This document shows positions 51,588-62,144 of a stretch of DNA of 64,000 bases, one piece after another. Within the stretch, counting starts at the first letter, position 1; every line of letters starts with the position of its first letter. Location: NCBI GenBank assembly GCA_020184695.1, contig JAANOX010000238.1:248001-312000 (forward strand), in the 5' to 3' direction. This stretch comes from Histomonas meleagridis 2922-C6/04-290x (taxonomy: Eukaryota; Protista; Parabasalia). The notes beneath the pieces were generated by a model. The model ran no database searches. It was not told where the DNA came from and was given only the letters and a program-made list of their open reading frames with translations. A program made the position numbers and the translations under genes.

Positions 51588-52628
51588 TCACAAAAGGTTG
51601 CAGCAGCCCTTTTTTTGGGCCTCCCCATTATCCGTATCGCCCAAGTACGCCTCCTGCGCGGCGGCGGGCTCTCCGTTGTCCCAGCTTCCCTCCACCGCGC
51701 TCGAGCTTCCGAACACGCTTCCGCAGTTTGGCGCGACAATCAGCGCCATTGATCCGTATTCCTCGCTCAAGCAAACGCCATTGTCCGAACCGGCCTCCGC
51801 ACCCTCGATCACCTCGTCCAGCTTCTGTATGATGAGGTCGTAGTCGGGATCATCAGCGAAGCCCAAACTTGAGATGTGATTTGCAATATCCTCAAATTGC
51901 GAAGGAAGCCCTGTGCACAGACGGGCAACGCCCCTCTTCTTTATCTGTGCGACGGCGTCTTTGTCGTTTTGCGTTTTCCATGGTAATGGTGGAGCACACA
52001 ATTCAATCAATACGTAAAAAAATGACCAAAGGTCATCGCGACGGCCTAAATCATAGCCGTCGTGTGAGTTAATGGACGCATATCGTGATGTGCCTCGAAA
52101 CCCAACGTTTTCTCTTGGTTTGTATACTTCACCATCTGGAGATCTCCAACGTTTCGCGAGACCAAAATCAATAAGACATAACTCATTTTGATCTGGCCTT
52201 CCTCTAAAAACAAAGTTTGAAGGTTTAATATCACGATGAACAAATCCCATGTTATGAAAATTTTGGATTGCTTTGACCATGGAAACAGCAATTGGACCAA
52301 CTTCATTTAATGATAATATTCCTCCTGTGTGATTTTCTTGAAACGCTCTTAAGCTCATTCCCAACATTTCAATAATTAAATAATGAAATCCTTGTTCTAT
52401 TCCATTCCCATAATAATGTGGGAATGATTCGCATGAAGAAATTTCCTTTGTAATTTCTGCTTCTTCATTGAGAAAAGATTTTGTTAAAGTTGGATATTCG
52501 AATTTAATAGCAACAATTTGACCACTTCCTTCTTGTTGAGCTGACCATACACAACCGAAAGCACCCTTCCCTATACACCGATCCAAGCGATATGATAGGA
52601 AACGGGTGCCGCTTTTGAGTTTATCCAT
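51588..52628 (-). CDS. CK1-family (tau-tubulin kinase-like) protein kinase with Cys-containing C-terminus
   Basis: IGKGAFG, VAIKFE, HRDIKPSNF, DFGLA, GFRGTSRYASINSH, RRDDLWS; ends KKGCCNLL (possible lipidation motif). Confidence 0.93.
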   Translation of the reverse strand: MDKLKSGTRFLSYRLDRCIGKGAFGCVWSAQQEGSGQIVAIKFEYPTLTKSFLNEEAEITKEISSCESFPHYYGNGIEQGFHYLIIEMLGMSLRAFQENHTGGILSLNEVGPIAVSMVKAIQNFHNMGFVHRDIKPSNFVFRGRPDQNELCLIDFGLAKRWRSPDGEVYKPRENVGFRGTSRYASINSHDGYDLGRRDDLWSFFYVLIELCAPPLPWKTQNDKDAVAQIKKRGVARLCTGLPSQFEDIANHISSLGFADDPDYDLIIQKLDEVIEGAEAGSDNGVCLSEEYGSMALIVAPNCGSVFGSSSAVEGSWDNGEPAAAQEAYLGDTDNGEAQKKGCCNLL

Positions 52629-52738
52629 TTTTTTGCTTTTTCACAGGGTGTCACATTTGTAAATTTCAAAGAAAAAGGCCAAATTTCGAAATTTTGATAA
52701 GTTTATTCTCTATATTTTGTGAAGAAATACAATTTCTT

Positions 52739-53269
52739 TCAGATGTCAGAGTCTTTCTTAAAGAAGGTTTGGTCCGGTGTTTTAGAATACTTAGATACAG
52801 TATGCCTATCAATAGGCTGTTCTCTGTGTATCTGTGGTGTGGGTGTACGTGATTCAGCTCTTGGCATTTGCTGAAAACCTTGATAAATTGACTTAAGTAG
52901 TGATACTGTAAGCCTTCCAAATGGCTGCTTTGAGTCTATGTCTGGAAATATTGCTTCAATTCTTTCTCTGTGTGTTTGGAATGCAAGTTCAACTGTATTA
53001 ATTCTCATTGAATGTACTGTTGTGAGTAATTGAGCGATCTTAAATTGTGAGTTAGGACTTGTGTTTGCGTCTGTAAGGGTTTTTAATATTTCTTCTATGA
53101 ATATTTCTGATTCTCTCATGGAAAAAGCAAATATCTTCGTCTTTAATTTCTGTATGGAAGCGAGAGACCATGTGCCAGTAGCACTAAGAGCTTCCCGCAT
53201 TAAATCATTGATGAGATCGTAGAAGTCGGTGATTCTTAAGGCAGTCATCCTAAGTGGTTTGAGCTCCAT
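52739..53269 (-). CDS. Hypothetical protein, possibly an ENTH/VHS-like helical domain
   Basis: 176-aa ORF with gene-like codon usage; domain guess is weak. Confidence 0.5.
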   Translation of the reverse strand: MELKPLRMTALRITDFYDLINDLMREALSATGTWSLASIQKLKTKIFAFSMRESEIFIEEILKTLTDANTSPNSQFKIAQLLTTVHSMRINTVELAFQTHRERIEAIFPDIDSKQPFGRLTVSLLKSIYQGFQQMPRAESRTPTPQIHREQPIDRHTVSKYSKTPDQTFFKKDSDI

Positions 53270-53855
53270 TCAAAAAAATCACATAGAAACTCTCAGAAAA
53301 ATTCATAGGTTAGTAAATCAATTCAACTCCTATCAAACATCGGTGTTTTGAACGTAAACCTATGAAAAACAGAAGAATTGCCTCAAAAAAGTTTATATTG
53401 AACATTTTCGAAATTTTAAAATTTTCCGTAAACCGTTATTGACATTCAAATATGGACACTTATCTATTGAAAAAATAAACATATATCAAATAAAAATAAC
53501 TTTATGGATTAGGAAGATACATATGTGATTGAATGAATTTCATCATAAACGCAAAAAATATGTTATAAATATGATATATAATTTATGTAACACAATTAGA
53601 TTGTGATACAAATTTTATCGTCAATAAAATATGATCGTTATTACTAACCGCTGTTAGGGTACTTTTTTTTTGAGTTCTCTGAACGTTTATATCACAGAAT
53701 ATGTTATGTAAGGTGATACAAAAACTTCAGATGAGCATCGAATATTTTACACATATCAATCAAAAAGTGAATAATTTGGCGGGCATATAGCATTGATGAA
53801 AGAGTAATTACTCATTCCGTTATATTTCGATACAAGGTTTGTCCTGAAATTACGG

Positions 53856-54773
53856 ATGAAAGATAATTTTATATTTAAGGTAGTACTGAATGAAGATACA
53901 TATATAACAGAGACCTTCGATGATGAATTTTTATCTGGATATGAACACACAAATTTGGTGTTTGTGGGTAAGAATGATGCAACTACAAGATCGAATACAT
54001 TTTCTAATTCAAACACATTTTCTAATTCAAATACATTTACTAATTCAAATACATTTTCTAATTCAAACACATTTACTAAATCAAATACATTTTCTAACTC
54101 AAATACATTTTCTAGTTCAAATACACTATCTAATTCAGATTCATTATTTACTAAACCAAATATATTTTCATTATCTAATACGTTTTCGATTTCAAATACT
54201 TTTGTCAAATCTAATGCATTATCGAATGCATTTACTAAATCAGATATCCAAAAAAATTTTAATACTCAAGCATTAATCGAAAATATTTCATATCATAAAT
54301 CTTTTACTTATTCACTTACTTTGACGCAAACCATTATTATAACAGAAACAATAATCATTGTTAATACATTTTTATCACACTCATTCTTTTTAACATTTAA
54401 TAACTTAAATAGTTATTTAACATATTCTGAATTCATATTTTATGATTATACAGTTCTCCAATATACAGTTCCATATAGTTTTTATTCATATTTTCATTTT
54501 ATTTTGACTGAAAATAATGAAACCAATGAAAATGATACACAAACGATGATTATTATAATTGTTTGTGTCGCAATTGTAATTGTAATAATTATTTGTATAA
54601 TTGTTATTTTGGTAATTCGTCAGCAAAAATCCAAAAAAGATTCGTCAAATTTCGAAGAAGTATCATCAAATAGTGAAAAAGATGTCACGAATAACAATGT
54701 GGTAGGTATTAAACTGAACCATATTGAAGAAGATTTTAAGGACAATGAATTTGATAATCACATTTTCATATGA
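53856..54773 (+). CDS. Stalk-TM-tail surface protein lacking LRRs (possibly the 3' part of a decayed gene)
   Basis: SNTFSN repeats, SFTYSLTLTQT block, TM IIIIVCVAIVIVIIICIIVILVI, acidic tail. The upstream frame looks coding but has 3 TAA. Confidence 0.65.
   Translation: MKDNFIFKVVLNEDTYITETFDDEFLSGYEHTNLVFVGKNDATTRSNTFSNSNTFSNSNTFTNSNTFSNSNTFTKSNTFSNSNTFSSSNTLSNSDSLFTKPNIFSLSNTFSISNTFVKSNALSNAFTKSDIQKNFNTQALIENISYHKSFTYSLTLTQTIIITETIIIVNTFLSHSFFLTFNNLNSYLTYSEFIFYDYTVLQYTVPYSFYSYFHFILTENNETNENDTQTMIIIIVCVAIVIVIIICIIVILVIRQQKSKKDSSNFEEVSSNSEKDVTNNNVVGIKLNHIEEDFKDNEFDNHIFI
53990..54135 (+). repeat. 18-bp tandem repeat (TCAAATACATTTTCTAAT) encoding SNTFSN
   Basis: About 8 near-identical units. 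Confidence 0.9.
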
Positions 54774-54859
54774 TGTATCTATCTATATGTAAAACAACAC
54801 TAATTATATAGTAAACACTAAAAGCGTGTGAATTTGATGTATTGTCTTACTTTTTTTAA

Positions 54860-55670
54860 TCAAAACTGTCGAGTTAAGAAATCAATGAGAATTGATCGTC
54901 CGTCAATAGAAATGAATTCAATTGCCGTTGTAATCTGCGACCGTTTTTTTAATAAAATGTTTCTAACTCCTAAAGGTGAAATAGTTTGGATTCTGTTTTG
55001 ATAATAAATTTCTATTTTATCATTATTAATTATGAAAATGCAATCTAATTCTTCATTAATTTTTATTCTTTTACATTTAACTTTATACATTTTACCTTTT
55101 GGCACTTTTACTTTATTAAACGGTATTTGGTTTTCAAAACTCAGGAACCGTTTAAGTTTCGATGAAGAAAAACCGGTAATGATCGACGACCGTTTAAACA
55201 AATAAACATTTAAATTCCAAAAAGTGTTTTGATGCATAAAATGTTTTGAAATTGTTTTCCAAATTTTCTTTTGGTTTAAAATATTTTGTTTTTTATACTT
55301 CATTAAAGGAATCTGAGGGTTAGGTATATCATTAATAAGTTTCACTTCATTTTTGATTATATAATTTTCAAGTTCTATTGATACTTTTAGAAAGTTTATT
55401 CTGTGCATCATCAATCATTGGCTTAATGATTTCTTTTAATCCGAATTTATTTAATTTTAACGAGAACATATTTGGATATTTAATTTCGCCAATTGAATAA
55501 CTAATACATTGCAAAATAAAATCATTAAATTGTTGACTATTTTGTAATGTCGGCAATAAAGAACGCATTAATGTTAACAAAGTATTTTCATTTTGACTAA
55601 TTAATTCAGGTCGTAAAGTTTTGAAATACGTTCGTTGATGTCGAGCGATATCACTTTCTTTCTTTCATTT
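54860..55670 (-). pseudogene. Fragment of a Beige/BEACH-family gene (pre-PH and PH-BEACH segment), frameshifted and truncated
   Basis: CKRIKINEELDCIF...VRNILLKKRSQITTAIEFISIDGRSILIDF resembles PH-BEACH (TAIEIF..DGRSY..F); no BEACH domain follows. Confidence 0.6.
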
Positions 55671-56404
55671 TTTTGTTGTTTGAAATGAGGGAATTTTCTG
55701 TCACTTTTCAATAAAAATATTTTACGTTTTCAGCTTTGTAAACATCTTCCGATCGCAAAAACAACAAAACATGCATCAACAAAAGTTTTACCAATGATTC
55801 GACGAAAATGCGGCGCGGTTGAAACTCTCTGTATCGTTTTTGACTGATTTATTAGCAAGTTCCTCAAGTTTTCTCGCAAATGTGTTCTTTCTTTTTTGTT
55901 TTGCCCATGTGTTTATTTTGCTTATTACAAACCTCTCAAAAAAATTCAGGTTCAAAGATTTTTAGTGATCAATTATCTATTTCTCAAACTCTCAAACATT
56001 CCCCTTATTTCACTTTAGAATCCAAAGGGCATACATATTTACCATTCTCAGCCCATAACAAGGAGTGTGTATCCATTAAAGTCACAAAATTTATTATGCT
56101 AAAAATGAATGAATCGAATACATTAAATATCATCACTGAAGAATATCAGCATCATTCCCCTTTATTAAAGTTCCCGATATCATATGTTAAACATTATTTC
56201 AAATTCTTTTCTTTGACATTTAATCATTTTTCATTAAAAGCTCATTTACCAATTTCAATGAATAATAATTTCATAAAGAAAATGTTCAAATTCAATGAAA
56301 ATGTTCAAGTTCTAATGTATAACTTTTTTATTTTGGGATTTTTTTTCTTTTATGAAATCAAATTTTTATTGAATAAATTGAAAGCAAATGAAAAGAAAAA
56401 ACAG

Positions 56405-59400
56405 AAAAATATTTTAATTTTTGTTATGTTTTTCATGAACTCTTATCAAATATATCATGAAGATAATTTAACACTTACAATCATAAATTCAAATGAATTT
56501 TATGAAATTTCTCAATATCAAAACATAACAAAATTTATAATTATCAGTGAAAATATATATGAAATTCCAAGTAATTCATTTTCAGGATGGCCTTCAGTTG
56601 TTTCAGTTGATTTTGGTAACTCAGTATCAAATATTGGAGGTTCTGTGTTTTCGTTATGTTCACAATTAGAAACGATTATATTTGGAGGAAATGTTACAAC
56701 AATTGGCGGTAGTGCATTTTCATTGTGTTCATCAATCAAAAACATTACAATTCCAAATTCAGTTACAACAATTGGAAATTCAGCATTTTCATCATGTTCT
56801 AATTTAACATTATTAACACTTGGATATGGAATCAGAGAAATTTTAAGTTCAGCATTTGGTAATTGTTATAATCTTCAATGTATTTATTATTATGGAGATT
56901 CAGAACCAAAAATTGGAATTAATGCATTTTATAATGTTTTTACAAGTGTTATCACATATCCAACATACGTAGGAAGTAAATTTGGAAATTTAGATGTTTC
57001 CAAAGAAAACGCAGAAGGAACATGTAATCCACTTCCAACGCATTCATTTAGTCAATCGAATACATTTTCTAATTCGAATACATTTACTGCATCACTTCAA
57101 AGTGATATTTCATTATCATTATCATTTTCATATACATTAACAGTTACATTATCAATTACACATTCATTAACTATTTATGAAACAAAAACGAAAGCATTTT
57201 CATTATATATAAATCATTCGACATTTTCATATATTGAAACAGAATTTATTTATTACAATTATACGATTGTTATTTATTCGACTTATTGTAATTATTATTC
57301 CAATTTCTTTACAATGTTTTACACTTCCAATGAAAATTCACCAAATGGAATTACGACAAATGCTTTGATTGGAATTATTTGCGGATCATTTGCATTTGTT
57401 TTGATCATTGTTGGAATTGTTATATTTTTAGTGAAAAATAATAATAAGAAAGAAAAATCGAAATCAAAGTTACAATTTAAGGACACGACGACATCAAGTA
57501 CAAAGCAAATCGAAGAAGTAAATAGTTTAGTTGAAGATATTGTGAAAGAAGATGAAGACAATTGGCTATGAATAAAATGTGTCATAATGAAAATTTTTTG
57601 ATTTAATTTTTATAAACGAATATAAAATTATTCAACAAAATGAAATCATATTAACGATAATATCATTTTTACTTTAAAATGTTTTAAATTAGTTTATTTT
57701 AATATGAAATTTTGAATTTTATGATGTTTAACTAGTAACAATAATTTTGAATTACGATTGTAAATACATTAAATGTTAACTTTTGAATGAGATTGAATAA
57801 ACTTTACTTGAATTCATTATTCTCAATCAAAAAATATTTTTATATTAAAGTTACAATGTAATTGATTTCGTACATAAAGAACTCCTTATATTTTGTTCAT
57901 TTTATATAAAATCATAAATATTCAAACAATTAATAGCTGAATTGCCAATGTTTTAAAAAAGTGTTAATTTTATGATGATGGAAACATCTTAGATTAATGA
58001 ACGGCACACCAAATTAAAGCATAAATTCCGTTCTATAACATATATTCATTGTGTTATTTAAAAGTGAATTTATAATGTTATAAAGCTGTTTCTTTGATTG
58101 TCGTCTTAAAAAATCGATTCAAATATGTCAAAATTGGTTTGAAAAACGACAATAAAACAACAGGTTTTTAAAAGTTTAACCGTGAGATTTTAAACTTTTG
58201 AGATAGCCGATGTATAATTGGTGAAGGTCTATAGATATATTACAAGCTGAAACATGAAGATCTTTTTTTTGTTCAGCATTTCGATCATGATGAAACGATT
58301 TATAACCGATAGAAAGCTTATTACACCTTATATCATTCAAAAAGAAATATTACAAATACAAAACCATGAAAACAAGAAAAGCATGACTTACAAATGTGAT
58401 GGGGATGCATCAATTAATGAAATTATGAACAAAAAATATAAAAGATTTAACAATAATTATAAAGTTTTGATAAACAAATTATTTTTAAATTTGATACCAT
58501 ATAATGAATCTACAATAGTTGTACATCAGAATTTTAATAACAAACAAAAAATTTCCAAGAACATATTTTTCAAACATTTTGGAAAAATACTTTGAAATTG
58601 ATATATTTGTCAAAAATGGTATATTTGATAAAACATATAACAAATCTTATGAAGATGTATATCCTATAAAACGTGAATTTTCACGTTTTTTTATGATGCG
58701 AAATGACAACGAAGAAGGACCAAACATTTTGAATGTTTTACTTCATTTAACCATCATTTTTTCAATTACATTTCCGGTTATTTATATCAAATTTTATCAG
58801 AAAAACACAATTTCAGTTCAGAAAATATTAACGACCAAATATATATTGAAAGTAAAAGATAAGAAAAAAATTGAAAATATTTTAATTTTTGTTATGTTTT
58901 TCATGAATTCTTATCAAATATATGATGAAGATAATTTAACACTTACAATCATAAATTCAAATGAATTTTATGAAATTTCTCAATATCAAAACATAACAAA
59001 ATTTATAATTATCAGTGAAAATATATATGAAATTCCAGGTAATTCATTTTCAGGATGGCCTTCAGTTGTTTCAGTTGATTTTGGTAACTCAGTATCAAAT
59101 ATTGGAGGTTCTGTGTTTTCGTTATGTTCACAATTAGAAACGATTATATTTGGAGGAAATGTTACAACAATTGGCGGTAGTGCATTTTCATTGTGTTCAT
59201 CAATCAAAAACATTACAATTCCAAATTCAGTTACAACAATTGGAAATTCAGCATTTTCATCATGTTCTAATTTAACAATATTAACACTTGGATATGGAAT
59301 CAGAGAAATTGGAAGTTCAGCATTTGGTAATTGTTATAATCTTCAATGTATTTATTATTATGGAGATTCAGAACCAAAAATTGGAGTTAATGCATTTTAT

Positions 59401-59854
59401 AATGTTTTTACAAATGTTATCACATATCCAACATACGTAGGAAGTAAATTTGGAAATTTAGATGTTTCCAAAGAAAACGCAGAAGGAACATGTAATCCAC
59501 TTCCAACGCATTCATTTAGTCAATCGAATACATATGCACATTCAGATTCAATTTCAATCTCAGCATTATATTCATTTAGTCAATCGAATACATTTTCTAA
59601 TTCGAATACATTTACTGTGTTGTTACAAAGTGATATTTCATTATCATTATCATTTTCATATACATTAACAGTTACATTATCAATTACACATTCATTAACT
59701 ATTTATGAAACAAAAACGAAAACATTTTCATTATATATAAACAATTCGACATTTTCATACATTGAAACAGAATTTATTTATTACAATTACACGATTGTTA
59801 TTTATTCGACTTATTGTAATTATTATTCCAATTTCTTTACAATGTTTTACACTG
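56405..59854 (+). repeat. Direct duplication of ~0.9-1.0 kb (about 56405-57326 vs 58874-59854)
   Basis: Near-identical sequence by eye with a few substitutions; copy B has an extra 60 bp. Confidence 0.9.
56426..57571 (+). CDS. BspA-like surface protein, copy A (tail ...EDEDNWL)
   Basis: TpLRR (IPNSVTTIGNSAFSSC), stalk, TM, tail. Shared start MFFMNSYQIY at 56426; the frame stays open upstream to 55880. Confidence 0.88.
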   Translation: MFFMNSYQIYHEDNLTLTIINSNEFYEISQYQNITKFIIISENIYEIPSNSFSGWPSVVSVDFGNSVSNIGGSVFSLCSQLETIIFGGNVTTIGGSAFSLCSSIKNITIPNSVTTIGNSAFSSCSNLTLLTLGYGIREILSSAFGNCYNLQCIYYYGDSEPKIGINAFYNVFTSVITYPTYVGSKFGNLDVSKENAEGTCNPLPTHSFSQSNTFSNSNTFTASLQSDISLSLSFSYTLTVTLSITHSLTIYETKTKAFSLYINHSTFSYIETEFIYYNYTIVIYSTYCNYYSNFFTMFYTSNENSPNGITTNALIGIICGSFAFVLIIVGIVIFLVKNNNKKEKSKSKLQFKDTTTSSTKQIEEVNSLVEDIVKEDEDNWL

Positions 59855-60126
59855 ATAATAATGATAATCAAAATAACAATAATAAAACAACGATTATCAT
59901 CATTTCTGTTTGTGTAATTGTTATAGTAATAGTCATTATCATATTATTAATTATATTATTGACACATATTCGAAATAAAAAAGAAGAAATTTATGAAAAT
60001 GATAAATCAGAACAAAATGAAAACGAAACGACGAATACATTTACTACAGGAATAAGTAACATAAATATTGAAGAAGATCCATTTGCTGAAGATTTTCAAG
60101 AAGAAAAATTCATTGAACAAATATAA
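58894..60126 (+). CDS. BspA-like surface protein, copy B (tail ...EDPFAEDFQEEKFIEQI)
   Basis: Near-identical to copy A from ~58874 to ~59854, then a different TM and tail; the frame stays open upstream to 58519. Confidence 0.88.
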   Translation: MFFMNSYQIYDEDNLTLTIINSNEFYEISQYQNITKFIIISENIYEIPGNSFSGWPSVVSVDFGNSVSNIGGSVFSLCSQLETIIFGGNVTTIGGSAFSLCSSIKNITIPNSVTTIGNSAFSSCSNLTILTLGYGIREIGSSAFGNCYNLQCIYYYGDSEPKIGVNAFYNVFTNVITYPTYVGSKFGNLDVSKENAEGTCNPLPTHSFSQSNTYAHSDSISISALYSFSQSNTFSNSNTFTVLLQSDISLSLSFSYTLTVTLSITHSLTIYETKTKTFSLYINNSTFSYIETEFIYYNYTIVIYSTYCNYYSNFFTMFYTDNNDNQNNNNKTTIIIISVCVIVIVIVIIILLIILLTHIRNKKEEIYENDKSEQNENETTNTFTTGISNINIEEDPFAEDFQEEKFIEQI

Positions 60127-62144
60127 TTTTCAATATTATATATTTTTATATTTTGTAATGATAATTATAAATATTATATGAATCTTATGAAATCAAATAT
60201 TTTGATGATACATAACATTAATGCATGACATCATGTTAATATTAACTTTAAAACTTTTATAATGATATTAAATGGATATGATCAAATATCTTTAATACAT
60301 TCAATACGATGAATAATGAAGTATAAATATCAAAGAACACATGGCTTATTTACATCACAAACTATAACTTTCACACTTACACTTAATTAACATGGAACCA
60401 ATTATTAATCAATTGATTAATCAATATTTTTTTCATGAAAAAAATAAGTGCCAATGGTAAAATAACATATTCAAATTTAAAAAGTAAAGTGAAAGTAATA
60501 GATCAATTTAAAATGATGAAGAAAATTAATGAGTTCAATATAAACAAAAATTAATACTATAAAATAAAAATGAAAATAAATTTAAAAATGTTTATTTATT
60601 GTAAAACTATTTTTGAAATGAGTGTTAAGAAGCATAAAACCATAAATTGTAAATTTAATTTTTTTATAAAGACGTTAAATCACTTCACGTGTTTTATTTA
60701 TAGACATGTGACATGAAACATTTTCAAAAAAAATCAAATTTGTTAAAACGATATCGTTATGAAAATATTTTCCTGGGTTCAAAATTGCGAGTTTACATGT
60801 TGTAAATCATAGAAAAATTGCTCGGCAACAAGCAAAAAGTTTCATGTTTTGAGAAAAACTTTTTTGGGATGTTTTTGGTTTCTTTTCTCCTCCTCAGCAA
60901 ATGTGATAAAATTATTGCAATACTTTCAAAATTTCACGCTAGAATTGATATCAATATTTAAGGAAGACAGCGAGTATTAGATTTAGAAACAACAATTTGA
61001 TTATGGCTATGGTGCTATGGTATGTCTCCAAAATGTTCCAACGTATTCTGCAAAGGTAGGTTCTGTTACATCAGATAAATGCATCAAATTAGGATAATTA
61101 TATCATATTTAGAGTTTCTGCAAAAAACACCCATTTTTGTTATGAAATTATCAAAACATCTGTAACTTCTGATACACGTTTTTTGTTTCTATATTTCTAC
61201 ACATCATATCTGAATGTAGTTCTGGTGGTTAATCAGGTATTCAGATAAATGATGACTATGGTATTGGTCTTCATAAATATTAAATAAAAATAATGCTTTT
61301 CATTCATTTAATTTTATTAATAAAACATGCTTCCAGTTTTCAAAGTTAAACAAAAAAGATGAAAACACGTCAACTTTAGCAAATCTATGAGAGTTCCAAA
61401 GGACAAAAAACTTTCCTTATTAATTCAATTTGAATTTCAATGTTTGAAAACATATCCTTTCACAAAAATTTGATTATTGTTCGTAACTTACTATTTGTTT
61501 TGCTTAATGTATGTTTATTCCAATTGAAAACCGTCATTTTATTGGTGCAACAGTGTTTTTGCTTTGATCTAGGTGGTCTGAAAGGAATTATAAGTAAATG
61601 ATTTTCTTCACCATCGTTGAGAAAGTGCCATCTTTTTTTGAATGGTTTATTCTAAACGTTTTCCATCTTTGTTCATCAAAGCTTTGAAATCAAAAATTCA
61701 AAAAATCAAAAAAATGGATTTAATTTAATTTAATTATGAATATTTGTGTGCCCTGCTGATCACTAATGTATCATATATTGTTCAAATATTTTTCATACAC
61801 GATGAGATAAAATTATTTTAATCCTTTAGAACGATCGAATTTCACACAAAATGTTGAAATATGTTCATGAATGAAATGATATCATTTAAGGTTCACATTT
61901 TGATTGTGTTCATTTTGATCTGATAAAAACTAATGAAAATCTTGAATCCACTTAGTTTAGCAACTGGATTTCCAAATACATTTTTTTTTTTTGAAACTCA
62001 TAATGTTTGATTATTTTTTGTTTGCTTTTCTGTGCAATTTAAAAAAATTTTTACTCTAAAAGATATTCGTACATAAAAAACTTAATAGCAGTTTACTAAA
62101 AGTATCACTTTATTAAAATTATATAATTTCGATAAATTTATCAA

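Noticed and set aside
51557-52072. Plus-strand ORFs in the GC-rich kinase 3' end, and similar short antisense ORFs in Vps33, PP2A-like and LRR genes
   Set aside because: They overlap well-supported genes on the other strand; fewer stops are expected with higher GC.
53643-53657. ACTAAC...TAG as a spliceosomal branch/3' splice site
   Set aside because: Spacing is longer than the fixed trichomonad ACTAAC-NNN-YAG pattern and there is no convincing GTAWGT donor upstream.
53709-53807. Alternative genetic code (TAA = Gln)
   Set aside because: Conserved genes (dynein, RPL26, Vps33, PP2A-like) end at TAA at their expected C-termini and use CAA for Gln.
53990-54135. CRISPR-like array
   Set aside because: Contiguous coding tandem repeat without unique spacers, in a eukaryotic context with no cas genes.
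60126-62140. Possible gene remnants in the 2-kb AT-rich gap
   Set aside because: No interpretable ORF, repeat or insertion pattern could be supported.
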